Assembly: GCA_024280855.1 (NCBI GenBank) | Contig: JAJRPG010000022.1 | Coordinates: forward strand, 11,010-75,009 | Length of the DNA: 64,000 nt | Source of the DNA: Planctomycetota bacterium | GTDB lineage: Bacteria > Planctomycetota > Phycisphaerae > UBA1845 | Direction of reading: 5' to 3' | Part shown: piece by piece, positions 47,920-55,606 of the stretch | How the letters are laid out: each line of letters opens with the position of its first letter | Numbering within the stretch: position 1 is the first letter of the stretch | Translations under genes and position numbers: made by a program | The notes under the pieces: model-generated | Databases searched by the model: none | Told to the model about the DNA's origin: nothing | Seen by the model: the letters and a program-made list of their open reading frames with translations, nothing else

Positions 47920-48618
47920 ATGACACGTTTTGTACCAATCGTAGCTCTCGTCGCATTTGCGTCGTGCCTAGCTGGCGGATCATCCGCACTTGCTACCAAC
48001 GACGAAGTGCTTTCGTTTGGCTACAATAATTTAGACGGTTCGTTTAATTCATCATCCAGCTTGTTTACAGCTTCTGATGATTCAGGCTCTTCGGGCCAAG
48101 TTCTTCGCATCGTGCCTGTTACAGGCGATGCCAACTTTCTGGGAACAGCAGGCGATGCGGGCTTTCCTGGGCTAGCGGCCTTCGACTTGTCACTCAACTT
48201 GACTGACATAACATCAACGTCAGCCAATTCAACAGGAACCATCACGTTTACCGATATCAACGGAGATTCGCTTACCGGAGATGTCACTGGCCTCTGGAAT
48301 GAATTTGTTGGTGGAATAACTGCTGGCACTTTCCAAGGCGAAATTACCAACTTCGTGTCAGTCGATATTTCCGGCGACAATACTTTCGATGGCAATACCG
48401 GCTCTGGTTTTTCTACACTATTCGATGCAGGTTTTCCTTTTTCCGGGGCAGTTTTATCCTTGGAATTCGGCAACTGGTTCACTGATGGCGGCGGCGTTCC
48501 GACTGACTTTTCAAATGCTACAACATCCGCAACTGGCGTAGTCGTTCCTGAACCAGCCACACTAGCATTGCTGGGACTAGGCAGCTTAGCCTTCGCTGCC
48601 AAACGCCGAAAAAAGTAA
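47920..48618 (+). CDS. PEP-CTERM sorting-domain secreted protein
   Basis: GGAGG Shine-Dalgarno before the ATG at 47920. Signal peptide MTRFVPIVALVAFASCLAGGSSALA. C-terminus VPEPATLALLGLGSLAFAAKRRKK. Confidence 0.8.
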   Translation: MTRFVPIVALVAFASCLAGGSSALATNDEVLSFGYNNLDGSFNSSSSLFTASDDSGSSGQVLRIVPVTGDANFLGTAGDAGFPGLAAFDLSLNLTDITSTSANSTGTITFTDINGDSLTGDVTGLWNEFVGGITAGTFQGEITNFVSVDISGDNTFDGNTGSGFSTLFDAGFPFSGAVLSLEFGNWFTDGGGVPTDFSNATTSATGVVVPEPATLALLGLGSLAFAAKRRKK

Positions 48619-48653
48619 TAACACGGCTTTCTGAAATTTCAATATTACGAAAA

Positions 48654-48691
48654 ACGCCCGAACGATGGTATGCCGTCCGGGCGTTTTTTTT
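48654..48691. terminator. Rho-independent terminator, probably bidirectional
   Basis: acgcccgaacg-(9-nt loop)-cgtccgggcgt. The 11-position stem has one mismatch, is followed by T8 and preceded by A5. It sits between convergent genes. Confidence 0.8.
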
Positions 48692-48727
48692 ATAACCCAC
48701 TCTCTTAACAATCTGTTTTCTTCTTGG

Positions 48728-48991
48728 TTACGGCGATGCAACAGTAAGAACTAAATTGTCCAAAGACGCCACGCCTCCAGCGAAATCGATACTACCATCT
48801 CCGATGGCAAAGTTAGTCGGGGCCATCCCTCGTGATACATCGGAACTGAAGCTGATAGCTGCTAACGCCCTAACACCATCGACATCAGCCTCATCATTCA
48901 TACTATCGCCGTCCGCACCGCCCGTCGTATTACTCATTACATGGCAACTGGCCAAAGTCATACACAACAAAACAGAAAATTTCTTAACCAC
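48728..48991 (-). CDS. Small acidic lipoprotein (putative)
   Basis: GTG start at 48991 gives (M)VKKFSVLLCMTLASC with the canonical lipobox LASC. The mature part is Asp/Gly-rich. The ORF is open to 49075. Confidence 0.4.
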   Translation of the reverse strand: MVKKFSVLLCMTLASCHVMSNTTGGADGDSMNDEADVDGVRALAAISFSSDVSRGMAPTNFAIGDGSIDFAGGVASLDNLVLTVASP

Positions 48992-49343
48992 TTCATACCG
49001 CTTCTCATAACTGAATAAGCCAGCGACTCCGCAATAAGCGCAAACCTGTTTAGTCGCATTGCACATAAATAACACCTGCAGAAAACCATTCCAGAAGCGT
49101 CTTGAAAAAATGTTGAAACTGATTTTCTTCTGATTGGCCTACTGTCCAAGACTGCCGCTGCAAATATTTAGCCGCCACGTCGTTGAGTGTCATAGCCTCA
49201 ACACTGGACAGATGATGAAGTGTTTCTGAGGCTGCCTCGTCAAGCGCGAGCCATCTCGGCATCAGCGTTTTTACATCTCGGCCACACACTGCCTGATTTC
49301 CGATCGGCAATGGAAGATTATCGGGGAGACCCTCCTCGTCTCG

Positions 49344-49955
49344 CTAATGCGTCCCCAACGGTAACACATCGTATGTAAATTTTCTCCTTGCCACCATCGC
49401 CGGGATGAAAACGGGTAAATCCATCAACTCACCCACCGAGAGCGCACTCATCTGTGCCAACGTCGTGTCTCGACGTGCTACATCAATCGCATAAAAAACA
49501 TCGACAGCCGTTTTTTCGTATTCAATTATGTCTAACAATCCAGGCCACTCTTGTCGTAGATATGGCTTGGTTTCAACCATAAAGTATTGAAAATTAACGG
49601 CTAACAACCGCGAGGAATCACTTCGCCAGGCACGAAACTGGTGCAACTCTCGAACAATGCCATTGAAATACTTCCGCTCTTCTTGATCGTCTCCAGAAAT
49701 TTTCTTGAGCCGCGCCATAACCGCAAAAGTTATGGGGTAAATCCACCGCAACATGGAAAGCTCTCCATTATAAATAAGCTCGTTGTACACTCTCATGCTA
49801 TCCGGCTTGATCGCGGCTAAGTCGTCCAACTCCGTTTTGTCTAAATAAGGAAATCGCTCGGCGAATTCTGCCTGACGATTTTCGAGCGAACCGGGCGTCG
49901 CCTCTTTATCGAGAATGAGTTCACGAACAGCAGAAAGTAAATATTTGAGTGTCAT
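49344..49955 (-). CDS. DUF2063-like protein (MNIO partner, BufC/HvfC-like)
   Basis: 203 aa. Its start overlaps the DUF692 stop (ATGA). MRVYNELIYNGELSMLRWIYPITFAVM resembles the DUF2063 N-terminal domain. Confidence 0.6.
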   Translation of the reverse strand: MTLKYLLSAVRELILDKEATPGSLENRQAEFAERFPYLDKTELDDLAAIKPDSMRVYNELIYNGELSMLRWIYPITFAVMARLKKISGDDQEERKYFNGIVRELHQFRAWRSDSSRLLAVNFQYFMVETKPYLRQEWPGLLDIIEYEKTAVDVFYAIDVARRDTTLAQMSALSVGELMDLPVFIPAMVARRKFTYDVLPLGTH

Positions 49956-50815
49956 GGTGATGTCGCAGGATGGTGCGATTGAGTAATATCGTCCATTAAT
50001 TTCTGAGCCATGCCTGCCTCTTGAAGTAAACGAGCAAGCGAAGGTATCTCAAAATCCCATTCGATCAATGCGGATGTCGGACCGATGCGCTCGAGTACCT
50101 CCTGATACAACGCCCAGGTTTCCTCCGCTACGGGTTTGGCGTGCGTGTCTAGCAGGATGCCACCGTGTTTCTCAAACCCTCCCAAGTGAAGTTGGCCAAC
50201 GCGATGTAGCGGAATCGAATCAAGAAATCCAATTGGATCAAAGTCATGATTGCTGGCGTTCAGTATTACGTTTGAGACATCAAGCATAAGTCCGCAATCC
50301 GCTTCTTCCAGCACAGCTGAGATGAATTCAGGCTCAGTCATCTGCGACTTAGCTATTTGCATGTAATACGTCACATTTTCCAACAAGAAAGGCCGCTCCA
50401 GAACTTCCTGCACAATTTTCACGCGCTGTGCCACGTGTTTGACCGCTTCCTGAGTAAACGGCAATGGTATCAAATCGTTGAGATTCACATGGTCAACCAT
50501 AGTGAAACAAAGATGGTCGCTATACCAGGAGCAACGGCAAGTATCGCAAAACTCCTTCACTTCTTTCAAGAGTGTCATATTTAACGGGTCAGTGCTTCCA
50601 ATGGAAAGTGACACGCCGTGCCCCACCAAGGTGTATCGCTCTGCGATGCGTCGCAGTGCGTCTGTAACGAATCCGCCGCGGCCAAGGTAATTCTCTGGAA
50701 TGACTTCAAACCAATTAACCTGCGGCTGCTGATTGATGATATCGGGGAAATGCTGCCGGCGAAGACCAATGCCAGCACCAAGAGGCGTGAGTCCATAATT
50801 TCTTAGCTCAGACAT
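49952..50815 (-). CDS. DUF692 / MNIO (MbnB-like multinuclear non-heme iron oxidative enzyme)
   Basis: 287 aa. GIGLRRQHF, WFEVIPENY, GHGVSLSIGS, WYSDHLCF, LIPLPFT, FLLENVTYY, GLMLDVSNV, HLGG, LLDTH and IEWD match the DUF692 TIM-barrel pattern. Confidence 0.85.
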   Translation of the reverse strand: MSELRNYGLTPLGAGIGLRRQHFPDIINQQPQVNWFEVIPENYLGRGGFVTDALRRIAERYTLVGHGVSLSIGSTDPLNMTLLKEVKEFCDTCRCSWYSDHLCFTMVDHVNLNDLIPLPFTQEAVKHVAQRVKIVQEVLERPFLLENVTYYMQIAKSQMTEPEFISAVLEEADCGLMLDVSNVILNASNHDFDPIGFLDSIPLHRVGQLHLGGFEKHGGILLDTHAKPVAEETWALYQEVLERIGPTSALIEWDFEIPSLARLLQEAGMAQKLMDDITQSHHPATSP

Positions 50816-50850
50816 TCGTACATCTCATTCACTAACGATAAAAATGAAAA

Positions 50851-50905
50851 AGGCGAGGAGCAGGACCGCGCGTGCCTCGGCACAACTCGATCCCACGCCT
50901 CGCCT
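50851..50905. promoter_or_regulatory. 8-bp perfect inverted repeat AGGCGAGG-N39-CCTCGCCT between precursor and MNIO genes
   Basis: Read directly. An inner GTGCC-tc-GGCAC palindrome lies at 50872-50883. Confidence 0.4.
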
Positions 50906-50965
50906 GCAATCTTAATCTCGGAGGTGCATGATGAAAAGAAAACACCTCAGCTATGTGATCGAGTG

Positions 50966-51193
50966 CTATTTCTTATCGCCAGAGCCTTTTTCACTACCGC
51001 AGCCCTTCTCGCCGCCGCAGCCTTTTTCGCCTTTACAACCCTTTTCTCCGCCACAGCCTTTTTCGCCGGACATTTTTGCACCTTGATTGTTGCTGGCACA
51101 TCCCGTTGACGTCATCGCGATTGCACTGCCTGCTAGTAGCGAAGCAATACTAAGTGTCCTCAAACCACTGAAAGCCAATTTCTTTACATTCAT
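50966..51193 (-). CDS. Signal-peptide-bearing Cys-repeat precursor peptide (bufferin-like RiPP precursor candidate)
   Basis: MNVKKLAFSGLRTLSIASLLAGSAIA | MTSTGCASNNQGAKMSGEKGCGGEKGCKGEKGCGGEKGCGSEKGSGDKK. Confidence 0.7.
   Translation of the reverse strand: MNVKKLAFSGLRTLSIASLLAGSAIAMTSTGCASNNQGAKMSGEKGCGGEKGCKGEKGCGGEKGCGSEKGSGDKK
50979..51068 (-). repeat. Five tandem 15-nt coding repeats (GEKGC units)
   Basis: Minus strand: ggcgaaaaaggctgt / ggcggagaaaagggttgt / aaaggcgaaaaaggctgc / ggcggcgagaagggctgc / ggtagtgaaaaaggctct. Confidence 0.85.
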
Positions 51194-51566
51194 CCGGCCA
51201 ATCCTTTCTAAAATTTACGGGCGGCTGCATACAATTTGCAAGCCTGCTTACACTAATCCAATTCCTATATAAAAAAAGCACTGACCACAGAGTCATCTTA
51301 ACGAATCATCTATAGTAAACCCCAACTGCACATGCATTCCACCCAGGAGCGTTTTCCTTGCAACCATCAATCGCGCAATACGCAATGGTTTACTCTTTGG
51401 TTACTTAACCGGCCCAGCCCGTGTATTATTATTACAAACCCGGAAGTAAGCAAGATGTACTACACATTATGCAATTAACCACCTCCAGGTAGATTGTCCT
51501 GTAATCAGTTATTAGCTGATAACTAGGACATGCCCTAGCATGCCGGAAATACACGAGGAATAAAAA

Positions 51567-52361
51567 ATGATGGAATCAAGACATTATGGATTAACTGGAC
51601 CTCAAGTTCTTCTCATTCATGGTGGACCGGGCGCACCAGGATATATGGCGACGATAGCAAAAGTTTTGGAGAAATCTTGCCGTGTCGTTGAGCCAATGCA
51701 ACGTCGCAGTAGCCAAGAACCACTCACCGTCGCTAAACATGTAGCAGATTTACGCGAATTGATTACCTCATCTACTCGCCTCGAAAAACCTGCCATGGTT
51801 GGCCATTCTTGGGGCGCAATGTTGGCACTCGCATTTGCGGCTAAGCATTCAAACGACATCTCCTGCTTGGTCCTTATAGGATGCGGAACGTTTGACACGG
51901 TTTCTCGTCAACATCTTGAACGCATGCGCAAAGATAGATTGGATGATAAATTCGCACGCCACATGCAACAAATTATGGCAAATGATTCAACGCCCGACGA
52001 GCGTATGAAGGCGATGGGTGGATTCTACCTTAAGCTGGATTCATACAAGTTGATGCCGGTAAAGGATGACATATTATCTTGCGACGCGCTAGGCCATGAT
52101 GAAACATGGCAAGATATGATACGATTGCAAACTAAAGGCGAATTTCCCCAATCATTTTCTAGTATTGATATACCAACCATCATGCTACACGGAGCCTATG
52201 ACCCGCACCCAGGAAAAATGATCTATGAAAGCTTACGGCATTACATCCCTCAACTGACCTACAAAGAATGGCCGGCGTGTGGACACTATCCTTGGCTGGA
52301 AATTGAAGCACGGGAAAAGTTTTTTACAACATTACATGAATGGCTATCGCAACATGCTTAA
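51567..52361 (+). CDS. Alpha/beta-fold hydrolase (proline iminopeptidase-like)
   Basis: LLIHGGPGAP, nucleophile elbow GHSWGA, C-terminal His region ACGHYPW. Confidence 0.8.
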   Translation: MMESRHYGLTGPQVLLIHGGPGAPGYMATIAKVLEKSCRVVEPMQRRSSQEPLTVAKHVADLRELITSSTRLEKPAMVGHSWGAMLALAFAAKHSNDISCLVLIGCGTFDTVSRQHLERMRKDRLDDKFARHMQQIMANDSTPDERMKAMGGFYLKLDSYKLMPVKDDILSCDALGHDETWQDMIRLQTKGEFPQSFSSIDIPTIMLHGAYDPHPGKMIYESLRHYIPQLTYKEWPACGHYPWLEIEAREKFFTTLHEWLSQHA

Positions 52362-52384
52362 TAACGCCATGTAGCGTCAATGCG

Positions 52385-53374
52385 TCAATACGTCGTCGTG
52401 AATTTCGACTTCACCCAGCTGTTGTCATCTGAAAAGGGAATATCAAGCAGAAGCCAGTCTGCCTGTTCGCCGAGAACCTCGAAAACCTCCATTTTCTTTA
52501 CGCGGCCGACTTTATTATGGCCAATCGGAGAATCATAGATACTTGCAGTAGCCGTGATTTTGGCCCACTTTCCCTGACGTGGATTAACAACGTTCAACTC
52601 CCATGAGTAGTCTACAAATTTCACACGAAAACCAGCCACATCTGATCCCAGATATGCGCTGACATATTCACCCAATTTGGATTTACCACCAAAATCGCCA
52701 GCGTACCAATCGAAAATTTTAGAAAGATGCAACGTACGTTTGCTAGTTTTAATTTGGTTTCGCTTCGCATCATTCACAAAGTCACGCATCTTTTTGTCTA
52801 GCGCCTCGTCCAAGCGATCAGCCACAAAAGCATGATTTAATATCGGTGGACACGAACGAGCCGCACAGACCAACGCCGCGTGGACACGAGGGTCTTTGAA
52901 CGTCGGGCGAATGATTTTATGCTCAAGATGGTCCAACGTGATCGTTTCATGGTTGATACGAACAATTTTTTCTTTGAAGACACCATAAAGCGATTCGGAA
53001 GGCGTATAATCCGCACGAAATCGCTCGGTCATAGCCCGGATCATGGACGCATTATACAGGTTTATATATAACGCAAGCTGCTCATCCCGAGATAGCGTAT
53101 CAGGATCAATGACCGCTAACACATCCAGGTATTCAATCAACTCACGCCAATGTGTTTTGCGTAAGCTGAGATAGTCCACGCACTCATCGCGTACATGGGC
53201 TTGCAAAATCGTATCGAAAATACTGTGATCGACATCGGCCCTTGCGCCATAGATCGGTATGGTAATCCCTACGATCAAGCAGACCCCAATTGTCCGAGAC
53301 ATCTTTGTCCTGCTTCTCGAAAGCTTCATTCGTATTCTCCTACCAACCGTCACAAGGCCAACACTATGGCGCAC
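52385..53374 (-). CDS. DUF547-domain protein with C-terminal SH3-like domain
   Basis: LALYINLYNA and HAALVCAARSCPPIL are DUF547 hallmarks. Signal/anchor sequence MSRTIGVCLIVGITIPIYGARA. The start may be the internal Met at 53329. Confidence 0.7.
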   Translation of the reverse strand: MRHSVGLVTVGRRIRMKLSRSRTKMSRTIGVCLIVGITIPIYGARADVDHSIFDTILQAHVRDECVDYLSLRKTHWRELIEYLDVLAVIDPDTLSRDEQLALYINLYNASMIRAMTERFRADYTPSESLYGVFKEKIVRINHETITLDHLEHKIIRPTFKDPRVHAALVCAARSCPPILNHAFVADRLDEALDKKMRDFVNDAKRNQIKTSKRTLHLSKIFDWYAGDFGGKSKLGEYVSAYLGSDVAGFRVKFVDYSWELNVVNPRQGKWAKITATASIYDSPIGHNKVGRVKKMEVFEVLGEQADWLLLDIPFSDDNSWVKSKFTTTY

Positions 53375-53493
53375 TGTACGCTGATAGGATTATATTTGCA
53401 CGAAACCAAATGTCGACAACAATTGGCTCTGCACATTGAGTTATTGATTAGATTTCGACTTTCAGAGATGAGCTGTTCAGGATATCTGATTGA

Positions 53494-53679
53494 GCAAGCG
53501 CCAGAAGAGAAGCCTTGAGATTATGCGGGAGATTTGACTCGCTAGATGAATACGCCCTTGAACGAGAAATGATTAGCTTGGGCGCGGCGGGCTATCTCAC
53601 TAAGCCCCTGGACTTCGACGGACTGCTACATGAGTTAAGTAAATACATATCCATTCCGCAGTCCGCCCAGGTTGATTAG
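53494..53679 (+). pseudogene. Remnant of a response-regulator receiver domain (C-terminal third only)
   Basis: The frame reads ...LDEYALEREMISLGAAGYLTKPLDFDGLLHELSKYISIPQSAQVD*. It has no start codon and none of the N-terminal Asp residues. Confidence 0.55.
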
Positions 53680-54437
53680 CTTCGCGACGTTGACAAGCCA
53701 TAAGCAGTTAATTGCTTTTTAATACTGCCAGCCCAATCACGATTAGCTAACGGACTCGCTGGGCTGGGATGCAAGATTCGGCCTATCGAAACATCTACCT
53801 CCTTCAACGCCGTTTGGGCGCGCTTCTCAGCAAACACGCCTACACCAACAACATATCGAGGACGAATATGATTCACGAGTTGCCTTAACGATTCATCGCA
53901 CGCCTCAAACAATCGCGTCCGTGTCGCTACTGGTAGTTTATCCGGTGTAAAGTTTTTCCCTGAAGATTCCATGAACACCAACGGACAATAATTCGCCACA
54001 AAATACCGCTTGAAAAATTGCTTAGGCCTGACAAAAGATTCCTTAGCCCACCCCCATAATCTTTTCCCGCTTACTTCACTTCGCTCGCAATCAAACCCAG
54101 CGATTGGCCGCTTAGGATGCACGTCAACCGGCTGACCAATCTCAGCCGAGATGCCTAACCAATCGCGCACGAAACCAACTTCACCAAAAGGTACACCCGT
54201 CTGAGCCATCCCCCACGGACCGGGGTTCATCCCCAACAAAATCACTTCCGCGCCAGGATTAGCGTACTTTTGTAAATACTGAAGATGAGCCTCGCGGGCA
54301 TACTCAAGCGGATTGTACACATGCGTGATCGGTGATGAAAAGGAAATCGACTTAGCCGATTCGCTCAACGCATGAACGAAGTCGATCAAAAACTTGTCTG
54401 CGCGGGTTTTAATTACAGATGAAGTAGGCATCAACAA
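53676..54437 (-). CDS. SMUG1-family uracil-DNA glycosylase
   Basis: GMNPGPWGMAQTGVPFG and HPSPASPLAN match SMUG1 motifs 1 and 2. Confidence 0.8.
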   Translation of the reverse strand: MLMPTSSVIKTRADKFLIDFVHALSESAKSISFSSPITHVYNPLEYAREAHLQYLQKYANPGAEVILLGMNPGPWGMAQTGVPFGEVGFVRDWLGISAEIGQPVDVHPKRPIAGFDCERSEVSGKRLWGWAKESFVRPKQFFKRYFVANYCPLVFMESSGKNFTPDKLPVATRTRLFEACDESLRQLVNHIRPRYVVGVGVFAEKRAQTALKEVDVSIGRILHPSPASPLANRDWAGSIKKQLTAYGLSTSRS

Positions 54438-54454
54438 GCCCTGAATAACCCACG

Positions 54455-55606
54455 CTACGACAGTGTCACAATGAAGTCAGCTACCTTGTCGATCCCCTCA
54501 GTCTTGAGGGTAGACGTTTTGAATATGGGTCGCGCATCCCCAACCGCGCCAATCAACTGCGATTGCGTAGCATCAGCCCCGCTCAAATCGCACTTGTTCA
54601 GCACAAAACAGGTTGCAATTTCCATAATACCAGCTTTTGAAAATTGCACGGCGTCGCCGCTATCAGGCATCAAGACCAACAGCGTATGGCTAGCTAACTC
54701 ACGAATACCAACATCGCCTTGCCCCGCGCCGACAGTCTCAACAAGAATATAATCAAAACCAAAACCGGTAAGCAGCTTAAGCACATCCGGGCAAACATCA
54801 GCAAGCCCACCAGCCGCTCCGCCAGAAGCTAAACTACGCACGAAAAATTCTCGCTCAGGAGACGCTGACATCATGCGCAACCGATCACCCAACAGTGCCC
54901 CACCCGTAATAGGACTACTCGGATCAATAGCTAACACTGCCACTCGCTTTCCGCGCGAAACCAACTCCTCGCCAAGCTTACCGATAAACGAACTCTTCCC
55001 GACACCCGGCGCCCCCGTCACACCAATCACCACAGCATCACCCGCAGGCGGCTCAAAACCTTCCACAGACTCACCACGCTGCACGCTCGTAATTAACTTA
55101 GCCAGCGCATTTTGCTTACGCTTCGCATATCCATCAACGACATCCTCCAACTTAACCGGCTCGTGCATTGAGGCGAGTTGCTTTACCTTGCCTACAATAT
55201 CATCAACCGATGAACCAGGATTGAATACCGCAGCTACGCCCATATCAGCCAGCGCCGCGTGATCTTCTTTGGGGACGATACCACCTAAAATGATGGGAAT
55301 ATGTTCGATGTCCAATTGCTTACGAAGTCGAAGAAGCTCTGGCATCACCGTGAGATGAGCGGCTGACAATAGACTAACACCGACCACATCCACGTCTTCC
55401 TGAAGCGCCGCGTACATCGTCGCCTCGCACGTTTGCCATAGGCCCGTATAAATCACTTCGATACCAGCATCACGAAATGATCGTGCCAAAACCTTGACAC
55501 CTCTATCGTGGCCATCTAAACCAATTTTGGCTAGCAGAATGCGGGGTGGCTGATTATTTTTTGTTGGTTTCGTCATTTCAATAGGCTCTGGTGCGAGGCT
55601 TACCAT
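54455..55606 (-). CDS. Fusion protein: B12-binding domain of acyl-CoA mutase + MeaB/ArgK-type G-protein chaperone
   Basis: DxHxxG motif GLDGHDRGVKV in the first 130 aa or so. Then P-loop GAPGVGKSS, DPSSPITGGALLGDR, ETVGAGQ, NKCD. The start overlaps the mutase stop (ATGGTAA). Confidence 0.85.
   Translation of the reverse strand: MVSLAPEPIEMTKPTKNNQPPRILLAKIGLDGHDRGVKVLARSFRDAGIEVIYTGLWQTCEATMYAALQEDVDVVGVSLLSAAHLTVMPELLRLRKQLDIEHIPIILGGIVPKEDHAALADMGVAAVFNPGSSVDDIVGKVKQLASMHEPVKLEDVVDGYAKRKQNALAKLITSVQRGESVEGFEPPAGDAVVIGVTGAPGVGKSSFIGKLGEELVSRGKRVAVLAIDPSSPITGGALLGDRLRMMSASPEREFFVRSLASGGAAGGLADVCPDVLKLLTGFGFDYILVETVGAGQGDVGIRELASHTLLVLMPDSGDAVQFSKAGIMEIATCFVLNKCDLSGADATQSQLIGAVGDARPIFKTSTLKTEGIDKVADFIVTLS

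Noticed and set aside
49050-49310. 86-aa minus-strand ORF downstream of the DUF2063 gene, considered as a fourth gene of the RiPP operon.
   Set aside because: It starts at a TTG, overlaps the open frame of the next lipoprotein candidate and has no recognisable motif or TM helix (it is not DoxX-like). It is left unannotated and could be tested by conservation.
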